A stretch of 64,000 nucleotides of DNA, taken from assembly GCA_963724295.1 (NCBI GenBank), contig CAVRUC010000013.1:256001-320000 (forward strand). Reading direction: 5' to 3'. Each line of letters opens with the position of its first letter. Position 1 is the stretch's first letter. The DNA comes from an uncultured Chloroflexia bacterium. Its GTDB lineage: Bacteria; Chloroflexota; Chloroflexia; Thermomicrobiales; UBA6265. The notes below the pieces were generated by a model that saw nothing but the letters and a program-made list of their open reading frames with translations, ran no database searches and was not told the origin of the DNA. This document shows positions 18,517-27,964 of the stretch, piece by piece. Made by a program: the position numbers and the translations under genes.

Positions 18517-19324
18517 CGTCCGGTTCCGTGCTCGGAGTCATGGGCCTCGCGGCCCGGTCTCCCTCGTCTTCCTCCTCTAAACGGAGGTAGCGCTCGAACA
18601 GTTCCCGTGCCGGGGCGTCATCGGCCAGCGCCTGCCGGATCCTGGCCCGGGCGCGACTGAGACGCGACTTGACCGTGCCCAGCGCGATTCCCAGCGTCTC
18701 GGCCACCTCGTGGTAGTCCAGTCCCTGCACGTCGACCAGCAGTACGACCATCCGCTGGTCCTCGGGCAGCGCCGTCAGCGCCCGCTCGAGGTAGATGGAG
18801 AGCTCCCGCCGCAGGGCAAGCGCATCTGGCGATTCCTCACCCGCGCCTCCGGTCGTCCAGATCGGCTCGATCTCGACGATTTCGGCTTCCAACGACCCGG
18901 CGGGACGGCGGGCGGACGCGCGCAGCATGTCGTAGGAGCGGTTCGTGGCGATCTTGTACAACCAGGAGCGGACCGAACCGGTCTGAAAGGTGCGAATGTT
19001 CTGCCAGGCGCGGATGAACGTGTCCTGGGTCGCGTCTTCGGCGAGTCCGACGTCGCGCAGCAGGCGCAACGCGACGTTGAACACCGGGCGCTCGTGCCGT
19101 TGCACCAGCAGATTGAACGCTTCGAGGTCGCCCGCCTGCGAGGCGCGCACCAGCGCCTCGTCATCCCGGACTTCGGCCGGGGCCGGCAAATCCCCAGCTA
19201 CCCCGACCTCACGTTCGAGGTCGAGATCGAGGACTTCTGTGAGTCCAGGCGCGTCCGAGCCGTTCGCCGCCTGCACTGGCGCCGGGGAAGACATTGCTGG
19301 CGTAGCGCGGCGACGGCGGAACAC
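18509..19324 (-). CDS. ECF RNA polymerase sigma factor
   Basis: AEDATQDTF, SWLYKIATN and GTVKSRLSRAR. Confidence 0.92.
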   Translation of the reverse strand: MFRRRRATPAMSSPAPVQAANGSDAPGLTEVLDLDLEREVGVAGDLPAPAEVRDDEALVRASQAGDLEAFNLLVQRHERPVFNVALRLLRDVGLAEDATQDTFIRAWQNIRTFQTGSVRSWLYKIATNRSYDMLRASARRPAGSLEAEIVEIEPIWTTGGAGEESPDALALRRELSIYLERALTALPEDQRMVVLLVDVQGLDYHEVAETLGIALGTVKSRLSRARARIRQALADDAPARELFERYLRLEEEDEGDRAARPMTPSTEPDDD

Positions 19325-19359
19325 CAGACCTCCTGACTCCAGTTAGGGCGCCACCCGCG

Positions 19360-20427
19360 CTACGGTTCGAGGGTGACCTTGTCTAGCACAGCCGGGTTCG
19401 CCACGGTGCGCGGTCGCTTACCTCGCAGCACCTGCAGCGCTTCGAGCAGCGTCTCCCGCCGCACGACGTCGACCGAGCGCTCCGAGTAATAGGCCGAGTG
19501 CGGGGTGAGGATCACGTTCGACATCCGATAGAAGGGCGAATCGGCCGGCAGCGGTTCCGGATCGACGACGTCCAGCGCCGCACCGGCGACAATCTCTTCT
19601 TGCAATGCCCGAGCCAGCGCCGGCAAGTCGATGATCGGTCCGCGCGCGGTGTTCACCAGCACGGCCGTCCGCTTCATCAGCGCCAGTGCCGCGGCGTTGA
19701 TCAGCCCGCGCGTCTCCGGGGTGAGCGGAGCATGCAGGGTGACGATGTCCGAGCGACGCAGCAGCTCCTCGAGCGTCGCTGGCTCCACCCCGGCGGCAAC
19801 CATCACCTCCGGGTCAATATAGGGATCGGCGGCCACGATCGTGAGATTGAACGGTTTGGCGCGGGCGGCAACGGCCTGCCCGATGCGGCCGAAGCCGACG
19901 ATCCCCAGGGTCTGCTCGCGCAGTGGCTGAATGGGACCGCGCAAGATGCGCCGTGTCGATGGACCATGCTCGACCCAGGCCCCCTCGCGCAGCGCTCGGT
20001 CCTGCTCGACGATACGCCGGTTGAGGGCCAGAATCATCGCCAGGGCGTGATCGGCCACTTCCGACGTGCAATAGCCGGGGTAGTGGGTGACGACGATGCC
20101 GGCGTCGGCAGCGGCCTCCAGATCGACATTGTCGAGCCCCACGCCGTAGCGGGAGATGACTTTGACCCGTGGCATATTCTCAAGCACGCGCCGGGTGACG
20201 GCCTCGCGGGTGCTCACCAGCAGCGCGTCGGCGTCCTGAGCGGCGCGGATCAGATCCTCTTCGCTGGTGCTCGCGCGCCCGACGAGCTCGACGTCGAGAT
20301 CGGTGACACTGGCAGCCAGCTCCCGCTCCAGCTCGAGCCCATGCGTCTCGTTGCCGTAGCGGTCAGAAGTGACCACAACCCTACAGTTGACGGTACCCGC
20401 GGTCCTGGGCGTTATCGTTTCGGTCAT
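19360..20427 (-). CDS. D-2-hydroxyacid dehydrogenase (CtBP-like)
   Basis: GIVGFGRIG, NTARG and LTPHSAYYS. Confidence 0.92.
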   Translation of the reverse strand: MTETITPRTAGTVNCRVVVTSDRYGNETHGLELERELAASVTDLDVELVGRASTSEEDLIRAAQDADALLVSTREAVTRRVLENMPRVKVISRYGVGLDNVDLEAAADAGIVVTHYPGYCTSEVADHALAMILALNRRIVEQDRALREGAWVEHGPSTRRILRGPIQPLREQTLGIVGFGRIGQAVAARAKPFNLTIVAADPYIDPEVMVAAGVEPATLEELLRRSDIVTLHAPLTPETRGLINAAALALMKRTAVLVNTARGPIIDLPALARALQEEIVAGAALDVVDPEPLPADSPFYRMSNVILTPHSAYYSERSVDVVRRETLLEALQVLRGKRPRTVANPAVLDKVTLEP

Positions 20428-20583
20428 CCCTTAGCAACGGCTCCCCATATTTCCGGACTGACGAGCCATACGCGCGCCACCCCGACATCGGATCATTGCC
20501 GGTACTATCGCACAGGGGGAACCTCGGGCTGCACTCGTGAGGGAAACCCGGGGAGAAACCACAGGGGGAAGGGAAGACGAGAA

Positions 20584-20775
20584 ACAGTCCCGACGAGTCC
20601 GACGCTAGCTCAGCTCCCCGTGACTGGACGCTTGGCCACATCGACGCCCCGCAACGGACGTGGCCTTACTATCCAGTCCCGTCTGTGGCTCGCACGACCG
20701 GCGTACCCCGCGATTCGCCCGCCGCCGATGACCGTTCCGGTGGGGAGCCCGCTATGTCCGGCTCCTCGGGACTGT
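20584..20775 (-). ncRNA. candidate structured ncRNA (~190 nt; 6S-sized, family unassigned)
   Basis: Complementary ends ACAGTCCCGA/TCGGGACTGT plus GCTCCCC/GGGGAGC; G-U pairs favour the minus strand; has its own promoter. Confidence 0.65.
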
Positions 20776-20781
20776 ACGGAC

Positions 20782-20810
20782 ACTTTATACGAACACCTAG
20801 CGACTGTCAA
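20782..20810 (-). promoter_or_regulatory. sigma70 promoter TTGACA-N17-TAAAGT
   Basis: Predicted +1 at about 20775, the first base of the stem. Confidence 0.75.
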
Positions 20811-20913
20811 GCCCTTAGCTTCGGTGCCGAACACGGCAATTTCATCCAAGGCGCCTCATCATTCTCAAGCGAGCGCGGCACATTACCTACCACCAGCGCC
20901 GAGACAGCACGGG

Positions 20914-20995
20914 TGTGCCTCTTGTCACAGCCGTTTTTAACCAGGACTGTTAGACGTTTCACATGTTTGCCAAGGAGCTCGCTCCTTGTTACTGT
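20914..20995 (+). promoter_or_regulatory. two CRP/FNR-like boxes plus a TTGCCA-N17-TACTGT promoter with a palindromic spacer
   Basis: TGTGC-N6-TCACA (20914-29), TGTTA-N6-TCACA (20948-63), CAAGGAGC-tc-GCTCCTTG (20971-88). Confidence 0.6.
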
Positions 20996-21323
20996 AGGCA
21001 TGGCGTCATCGTCGCGCCGTTCGCCGGTGGTATGCCGGTAGGCGGCGCTGTGGGGTGGGGAACCATTCCGCCGCGGCAGCCATACCGGCCAGCCAGGCAG
21101 GCGTCGCCAGAGCCGCGGGCCCGTACCCAGGTTTCGCAACTTAGCGAAACCGGAACCGGCGCCCGTGCGTCATGCTCCTTGGAAGGGCTCCGTTGGCCTG
21201 CTTCGAGGAGCAGGACTGGCGAGCCAGGTGCATGCGGTCGTCCGCAGATGGTCGCGCACCAGATAAACGGGGCGAGATTGTTCGCCGGCGGGACCGGCGA
21301 CACAGTGGGGAGGTTGGGTTCAG

Positions 21324-21929
21324 GTGAAGCTACAGCTGTCACGCGTTGCACTCGGTTCGGCAGTGGCGCTCTCGCTGGTTGGCGGGAGCTTGCTGACCGC
21401 ATCGGATGCGATGGCACAGTGTGATACCGGGCAGGTTGACAAGAAGGGCGAGCCGGTCGCGGCGCCCGTCGCGGTGATGATTACCGGCGGCACCATCACC
21501 AACGAGACGGTCATCGACGTTTCCGCCAACGCCGGCACCAGCATCTCGGACGCCAGTGGCGGCAACAACAACCTGGCGCTCACCGGCGGTGGCAATGACG
21601 GTGGCGACGGCGGGGTCGACACCGCGTCCTCCGGTAACGGCGGCGTGGCCACCTCGGCGGCCAACGGCGGGGCGGTTTCGATCCAGGACATCAACTCCGG
21701 TGGGAACGCCGGTAATGCCATCGCGGTCGGCGACACCACCTGCGCGCCGTTCACGGCGCCGGAGAAGCCAGGGAAGGAAGCTCCGGGGAAAGCTCCGGAG
21801 GCCGCCCCTGAGAAGGTCGTGGTTGCGCTCCCGGATACCGGCGTCGGTATCGGCGATGCGTCTGCACTCTTCGCGCTGATCAGCTCGGCTGGCGCCGCGG
21901 CCGCATCCCTCGGGCTGCGCCGCCGCTAA
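21324..21929 (+). CDS. secreted Gly/Asn/Ala-rich protein with an LPDTG sortase-type anchor
   Basis: Signal peptide, LPDTG + hydrophobic stretch + RRR tail; GGGAGG SD. Confidence 0.8.
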   Translation: MKLQLSRVALGSAVALSLVGGSLLTASDAMAQCDTGQVDKKGEPVAAPVAVMITGGTITNETVIDVSANAGTSISDASGGNNNLALTGGGNDGGDGGVDTASSGNGGVATSAANGGAVSIQDINSGGNAGNAIAVGDTTCAPFTAPEKPGKEAPGKAPEAAPEKVVVALPDTGVGIGDASALFALISSAGAAAASLGLRRR

Positions 21930-22010
21930 TCGGGTCACCGGCCCCGGCCTGACCGCCGCAAGGAGTCGGACGCGAAAGCGATTCGGGGCCGGCACCAGAC
22001 GCACTGACAC

Positions 22011-22044
22011 GAAGAGGGCTCATCCTTCGGGATGGGCCCTCTTC
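22011..22044 (+). terminator. hairpin terminator with a UUCG loop
   Basis: GAAGAGGGCTCATCC-TTCG-GGATGGGCCCTCTTC. Confidence 0.7.
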
Positions 22045-22170
22045 CATATATCCATGACCGGTAGCAAACAACCCTAGTGCGTCGCCCCGTAGAATGCCCT
22101 GCACAGTCAGATCGCGGCGCCTGGGGGCGCGGCAGCAGGGGCGTGGAGCCACCACGCCGGGGGACAGCAC

Positions 22171-22977
22171 GTGGACTTCGTCGTGGTCGGGTTCGGGTTG
22201 GGCGCGCTCGGCGTCCTGCTGGGCGTGGTCATGCTCGGGTGGCTGGCGCCACGGGCGCAGCGAGCCGCGGCGCTCACCCCTTCGTCAGACGACGCGGCCC
22301 GTTGCCAGGCGATCGCGGCCGAGCATCGTGGGACCGGCCGCGCCTTGCTGTACTCCGGCAGCGCGATGCTTCTGGTCACCGTCGGGGCGCTGGGGGGTTC
22401 CCTCGACGATCGCACCGGAGCGCTCCTGGTAACGACGACAGCGACCGTCGCCGCCGTTGGCATTCTCCTCGCGGGATACCTCCAGCGCGCCCGGAATCCC
22501 GCGCCGCCGCGCCGCCGCACCCGCACCGCTCCCGCGGCAAGCACCTCCCTGGTGACGGCTCCTCCCATCGACACCCCGTCGTTCCTCGTCGATGAGCCTC
22601 CGTGGGTCCAGGATGCCGTACCCGGGGAGAGCGATGTTGCGGAATCTACCGCTGAGATTCTCCCAACGGACGACCCGGGTGGGGGAGCGACCATCGCGGA
22701 GCACAGAGCGCCGTTGCTGCCAGCGCCCAGCGGTGACGATTCTTCCGCCGCCGTCGAACGTGATTCGCCGGCAGACTCACCCATCGCCGTGGAAACGCCC
22801 GACTCCGGGATCTGGCAGCCCGCCGGTCGCACATCAGGCAACGGCAGCGAAGAGACGGACTCTGCGGAGAGCGTCGATGCACAAGACGCCGGGCCCGTCG
22901 CTCCCACCGCACGCCTGACCGAGCCGTCACCATCAGGGACAGACGACGAAGATTCACCGCCGCAATGCCGGTCATGA
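22171..22977 (+). CDS. 3-TM membrane protein with an acidic disordered tail
   Basis: Hydrophobic helices, then a Pro/Asp/Ser-rich tail. Confidence 0.65.
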   Translation: MDFVVVGFGLGALGVLLGVVMLGWLAPRAQRAAALTPSSDDAARCQAIAAEHRGTGRALLYSGSAMLLVTVGALGGSLDDRTGALLVTTTATVAAVGILLAGYLQRARNPAPPRRRTRTAPAASTSLVTAPPIDTPSFLVDEPPWVQDAVPGESDVAESTAEILPTDDPGGGATIAEHRAPLLPAPSGDDSSAAVERDSPADSPIAVETPDSGIWQPAGRTSGNGSEETDSAESVDAQDAGPVAPTARLTEPSPSGTDDEDSPPQCRS

Positions 22978-23025
22978 GCGCTTGTGGGACGCTCTCGGGT
23001 CCCGCGAGCTTCGCTTGAGCGCGCC

Positions 23026-24148
23026 ATGGGTGCACCACACGAGCTGTTGACTCATAGACGGCTCAACCGGGCCACGCTGGCGCGGCAGATGCTGCTGCGG
23101 CGAGAACGGTGCTCCGCGCTCGAGGCGGTGGAGCGTCTCTGCGGTATGCAGGCTCAGGAACCGCGACCGCCATTCCCCGGTCTCTGGACCCGCCTGCAGG
23201 GGTTCCGTCGCGACGATCTGCACCTGGCGCTGCACGACCGAACGATTGTGCGCGGCACGCTGATGCGCGGCACACTGCACCTTATGAGTGCGGCCGACTA
23301 CGTCGCGCACCGCATCACCCTGCAGCCAATGCTGACGCGATCGCTGGCGCTGCTCGGCCCACGCGCCGAAGGCCTCGTCGCGGAGGAGGTGCTTCCCGTC
23401 GCGCGGGCTCTCCTTGGCGAGCGCCCACGGACCTTCGGTGAGCTGCGCCAGGCTCTGGTCGAGGCATTCCCCGGCATCAATGACCGCGCCCTGGGGTTCA
23501 CGGTGCGCATGAGTCTGCCGCTGGTCATGATTCCGACTGAGGACCGCTGGGGGTTCCCGGCCGACTCGCGTTTCGGGCTGGCGGAGAGCTGGCTGGGAAC
23601 GCCGATCTCCCAGGAGGCCAACCCGGAAGCGCTGATCTTGCGCTATCTGGCCGCGTTCGGACCCGCCACCGCCGGCGACGTTCAGCAGTGGTCGGGGTTG
23701 CAGGCGATCAAACCGGTGCTCGAGTCGCTGCGCCCGCGGTTGGTCGCTGTTTCGAGACGAGCGCGGCCGCACGCTGTTCGATCTCCCCGATGCGCCGCGA
23801 CCGGCGGAGGAGACACCAGCGCCGCCTCGCTTTCTCCCGGAGTTCGACAACCTGGTGCTCTCGCACGCCGACCGGACCCGCGTGCTCGCGGACGAGCATC
23901 GGCATTTCATTCTGGGGGCGAAGAACGGTCGCATCCCGGGCACGGTCCTCGTGGATGGGTGGGTGGCGGGGACCTGGCGGGTGGAGCGCAAGAAACAGAC
24001 GGCCACTCTCGCCATCACGCCTTTTGCTCCACTGGCGAAGAGCCCTGCCGCCGCGCTGGCCGAGGAGGGTGACGCCCTGCTGCGCTTTCTGGAAGATGAC
24101 GCCGTCACCTTCGAGGTGAGGCAGAATCCACCGCTGAGCGCGGACTGA
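23026..24148 (+). CDS. AlkZ/YcaQ-family winged-helix DNA glycosylase; frameshift near 23750
   Basis: [12 protein letters not shown] catalytic motif, [26 protein letters not shown] in the second frame. Confidence 0.85.
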
Positions 24149-24164
24149 GGAAGGAGGCGCCGGC

Positions 24165-25223
24165 GTGACAACCATGCAGGCGGTGGTGAAGACGGAGCGA
24201 GGCGAAGGAAACGTCGCGTTGCGGGAACTGCCCCAGCCGGGGCCTGGCCCGAGGCAGGTGCTCATCGCGGTGCGTGCCGCCGGCATCTGCGGCACTGATC
24301 TGCACATCTACCACGACGAGTTCCCCACCCAACCGCCGGTGGTCCTGGGCCATGAGCTGGCCGGGGAGGTCGTGGCCACCGGCGACGGGGTCACCCGGGT
24401 ATCCGTGGGCGATCGAGTGACGACCGAGACCTACTTCCATCTCTGCGGCACGTGCCGCTTCTGCAGGGGAGGGCAGCCCAATCTCTGCCCGGAACGGCGC
24501 TCGATCGGATCCGGTGTCGACGGCGGGTTCGCGCCCTACGTCGTCGTTCCCGAGCGCAACCTGCACCGCCTCCCGGACACGCTGAATTTCCAGGAAGCCG
24601 CGCTCTGTGAGCCGCTCGCCTGCGTCGTCCACGGCGCGCTCGAATTGCCAAAGGTGACACCCGGCGACGTCGCGGTCGTGGCCGGACCGGGAGCGATCGG
24701 TCTCCTCACCTTGCAGGTGGCGCGCGTCGCCGGCGCTGCGGTGATCGTCCTGGGCACGGCCGCCGACCGTCGCCGTCTTCAACTGGCGGAGGAGCTTGGG
24801 GCGACACGCGTGGTCGACGTCAGTGATGTGGACCCGATCCCCATCGTGCGGGAGCTCACCGCGGGCTGGGGCGCCGACATCGTCTTCGAGTGCTCCGGCG
24901 CGGGACCGGCCGCCCTCTCCCTGCTGGCCCACGTGCGGCGCGGCGGCCAATATGCCCAGATCGGACTTTTCGGCAAGGCGGTGGCCTGGGACCTCGATCA
25001 GGTCTGCATGAAGGAGCTGCGGGTCACCGGCAGCAATGCCTCCGTCCCCTCTGCCTGGCGCACCGCGCTGCGCCTCCTGGCCGACGGCAGTGTGCGGACC
25101 GCGCCGCTGATCTCCGACGTCTACCCGCTAGCCGGTTGGCAGGATGCCTTCACACGCTTCGAGCAGCGCGACGGCGTGAAACTGCTCCTCGATCCGTGGT
25201 CCTCGGCTACGGCCGGTTCCTGA
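24165..25223 (+). CDS. zinc-dependent alcohol/polyol dehydrogenase
   Basis: GICGTD, GHE, CxxCxxC..C and GPGAIG. Confidence 0.92.
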   Translation: MTTMQAVVKTERGEGNVALRELPQPGPGPRQVLIAVRAAGICGTDLHIYHDEFPTQPPVVLGHELAGEVVATGDGVTRVSVGDRVTTETYFHLCGTCRFCRGGQPNLCPERRSIGSGVDGGFAPYVVVPERNLHRLPDTLNFQEAALCEPLACVVHGALELPKVTPGDVAVVAGPGAIGLLTLQVARVAGAAVIVLGTAADRRRLQLAEELGATRVVDVSDVDPIPIVRELTAGWGADIVFECSGAGPAALSLLAHVRRGGQYAQIGLFGKAVAWDLDQVCMKELRVTGSNASVPSAWRTALRLLADGSVRTAPLISDVYPLAGWQDAFTRFEQRDGVKLLLDPWSSATAGS

Positions 25224-25306
25224 CCTGTTTGTGGAGTTCTTGTAAACTTGTAATAATGTAATCCTTGCCGATGACTTCGTACTTGGCGTTGACATCGAGG
25301 TTTCCC

Positions 25307-25630
25307 ATGAATCAGACCGCAGAGATGAGCAAGATCGTTCGCTCGTTACGTGGCGGGCAGGTCACGATCCCGGCGGCCTTCCGCAAGGAGCTTGGGATTG
25401 AAGAGGAAACCATGCTCCGGATGACGCTTATCGATGGAGAATTGCGGATCAAGCCGGTGCAGATGACCGAGACCCCCAAGGGATCACCGTGGCTGCGCGA
25501 GCTTTACGAGTACTTCGCCCCGGTGCGAGAGGACATCTTGCGGCGAGGAATCTCTGAAGAAGAGGTCAACGCCGATATCGACGCCGCCATTGCCGCGGTA
25601 CGAGCTGAGCAACGTGCCAAGCGGCGATGA
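25307..25630 (+). CDS. AbrB/MazE-family antitoxin
   Basis: GQVTIPAAFRKELGI; upstream of the PIN gene. Confidence 0.85.
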   Translation: MNQTAEMSKIVRSLRGGQVTIPAAFRKELGIEEETMLRMTLIDGELRIKPVQMTETPKGSPWLRELYEYFAPVREDILRRGISEEEVNADIDAAIAAVRAEQRAKRR

Positions 25631-26057
25631 GAGGTGTCTTCGACACCGTCATCTTAGTGCGCGGCCTGATCAACCCCTATAGTCTCTGCGGCCGCCTGCT
25701 ATTCGATCACCCCACATCTTACGAACTCATCGTCTCATCAGACATCGTTGTCGAATATTTGAGAGTGGTCAACCGCCCGGAGCTCGTCCAGAAGTACCAC
25801 CAAGTCGAGACGCGCGATCTCCCTGCAATCCTGGAGATAATCGGCAAGGCCACGCTCGTGCAACCGGTGGATACTCCTGTGGTCTGTCGTGATCCGGAGG
25901 ATGACAAGTTCCTTGCGCGGCGAAGGCCGGAAGCGCCCAGTTCATCGTCACCGAGGATCTAGATCTTCTCGATCTCGGCAGCTACGAAGGCATCCAGATC
26001 GTACGGGCTGAGGCATTTCTGCTGGTTCTCGAAGCACTCGCGGGAACGGGAGGATGA
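25627..26057 (+). CDS. PIN-domain toxin; frameshift near 25917
   Basis: VFDTVILV and CRDPEDDKFL; IVTEDLDLL in the shifted frame; ATGA overlap. Confidence 0.85.
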
Positions 26058-26074
26058 TGGCGGCCGCGCCTGAT

Positions 26075-27070
26075 TCATCCCACACCGATCATCTCGCGTG
26101 CCGCGGTCGCGACATGCCCGGCCGAGATTCCGTAGGCCTCGAGCAGGTAATCGTTTGGCGCGGACTCGCCGTAGACGTCGCGTAGACCGATGCGGCGCAT
26201 CGGCGTCGGCCGCCGCTCGCCGAGCACCTCGGCCACGGCGCTGCCCAGTCCACCGATGATCGAGTGATCCTCGGCGGTCACGATGCGGCCGGTCCGCTCC
26301 GCCAGGGCCACGATGGCGTCGGCATCGATCGGCTTCAGCGTCGGCAGGTGGAGCACGCTCGCCGCGATCCCCTCGCCGGCGAGCAGATCCACCGCCTCCA
26401 GCACGCGCACCGTCTGCACGCCGGTGCCGATCAGCCCGACATCGCCGCCCTCCCGCAACAGGACGCCGGGGCCAATCTGGAACGTGTAATCGTCGGGGAA
26501 GATCACCGGCGACGGGTCGCGGGTCACGCGTAGGTACATCGGCCCAAGGGTCTCCATCATGGCTCGCATGGCGGAGCGGAGCTCGACAGCGTCAGCCGGC
26601 GCGAGCGTCACCACCCCGGGCATGGCGCGGAAGATAGCGATGTCCTCGACGCTCTGGTGGGTCTTGCCGGTCTTGCCGGTGAGAATGCCGGTGTAGCCCC
26701 CACACATTTTGACGTTCAGATGCGGTTGGGCCACGACGATGCGCACCTGGTCCGTGGCGCGGTTCGCCATGAAGGCGGCGAAGGTCGAGAGCCAGGGCAC
26801 GAAGCCGAGCGTCGCCATGCCGGCCGCTACCCCGACCATGTTCTGCTCGGCGATACCCATCTCGAAGAAGCGATCCGGCACAGCCGCGGCGAAGATATCA
26901 GCACGCGTGGAGTTGGCAAGGTCGCCGTCGAGCACCACCAGATCGGAGTACTCCCCGGCCAACTCGACCAGCATCTGTCCCCAGACCTCGCGCAGCGCTT
27001 TCTGTTCCGCTCCGGAGAGGGGCAATGGCTCGACGCGCCGCATGGTTCCCATCGCGCCGCTGCTAGTCAT
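26075..27070 (-). CDS. transketolase, C-terminal subunit
   Basis: GIAEQNMVG and EDHSIIGGLG. Confidence 0.93.
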   Translation of the reverse strand: MTSSGAMGTMRRVEPLPLSGAEQKALREVWGQMLVELAGEYSDLVVLDGDLANSTRADIFAAAVPDRFFEMGIAEQNMVGVAAGMATLGFVPWLSTFAAFMANRATDQVRIVVAQPHLNVKMCGGYTGILTGKTGKTHQSVEDIAIFRAMPGVVTLAPADAVELRSAMRAMMETLGPMYLRVTRDPSPVIFPDDYTFQIGPGVLLREGGDVGLIGTGVQTVRVLEAVDLLAGEGIAASVLHLPTLKPIDADAIVALAERTGRIVTAEDHSIIGGLGSAVAEVLGERRPTPMRRIGLRDVYGESAPNDYLLEAYGISAGHVATAAREMIGVG

Positions 27071-27954
27071 GCCGCCTCCACATCCGCGATCGCCGCCAGC
27101 TGCGCGTCGAGCTCGGCCAGCGCGTCCGCGAGCTGGTCGTCGGTTGGCACCTTGGCGTGCCAGTTGAAGTCACCCTCCATGAAGGAGACGCCCTGCCCTT
27201 TGACGGTGTGCGCGACGACACAGGTCGGCAGCCCGGTGAAGGTCCGCGCCGCATCGAACGCCTCGCGGATACTCGCCTGGTCGTGGCCGTCACACTCGAT
27301 GACGTTCCAGCCGAAGGCTCGGAACTTGGCGCCAGGGTCGTCGATCGGTGTCTCGCGGGTGAATCCGCCCGCCTGCGGCCAGCCGAACTGCGGCAGACCG
27401 TTGTAGTCCAGGATGGCCGTGAGGTTGTCGAGCCGGTAGCGGGCGGCCACGAAGACCGCCTCCCAGATCTGCCCCTCCTGGATCTCCCCGTCGCCGAGCA
27501 TCACCCAGGTGCGGAAAGGATGCCCGCGTACCTTCGCTCCCAGCGCCATTCCCGCGCCCGGCGAGAGTCCCTGCCCGAGCGATCCCGTCGACATCTCCAG
27601 ACCCGGCAGGGCATGCATGTCCGGGTGGCCCTGCAACCGCGAGTGCGCCGCATCGAATGTATTGAGCTCCGCAACCGGGAAGTAGCCGCGCATCGCGAGC
27701 ACGGTGTAGAGCGCGATCGAGGAGTGCCCCTTGCTGAGGATGAAGCGATCTCGCTCCGGCCAATCGGGGTTGCCGGGATCGACGTTCATCTGATCGAAGT
27801 AGAGCGCGACGAGGATATCAGCCGCCGAGAGCGGACCGCCGAGGTGCCCGGCTCCCGCGTGGTGGATAGCCTCCACGATCAGCTTGCGCGCCTCGATGCT
27901 CGTGCGCCGCAGATCGTCGAGGGAAGGGCGGCGTTCGGTTGCGGTCATGGACAT
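27067..27954 (-). CDS. transketolase, N-terminal subunit
   Basis: DRFILSKGH, STGSLGQG and GDGEIQEG. Confidence 0.93.
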   Translation of the reverse strand: MSMTATERRPSLDDLRRTSIEARKLIVEAIHHAGAGHLGGPLSAADILVALYFDQMNVDPGNPDWPERDRFILSKGHSSIALYTVLAMRGYFPVAELNTFDAAHSRLQGHPDMHALPGLEMSTGSLGQGLSPGAGMALGAKVRGHPFRTWVMLGDGEIQEGQIWEAVFVAARYRLDNLTAILDYNGLPQFGWPQAGGFTRETPIDDPGAKFRAFGWNVIECDGHDQASIREAFDAARTFTGLPTCVVAHTVKGQGVSFMEGDFNWHAKVPTDDQLADALAELDAQLAAIADVEAA

Positions 27955-27964
27955 TTCTCCTCGA

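Noticed and set aside
20584..20775. Retron msr-msd or SRP RNA
   Set aside because: No reverse transcriptase in the window, and no SRP helix-8 motif.
19498..20940. Long alternative ORFs (also 13792-14964, 46381-47787, 50227-51678, 54648-56237, 59936-61006)
   Set aside because: Antisense shadows of real genes, expected in high-GC DNA; no recognisable motifs.
21000..21320. Cobalamin, c-di-AMP or SAM riboswitch
   Set aside because: The conserved core motifs could not be matched by eye.
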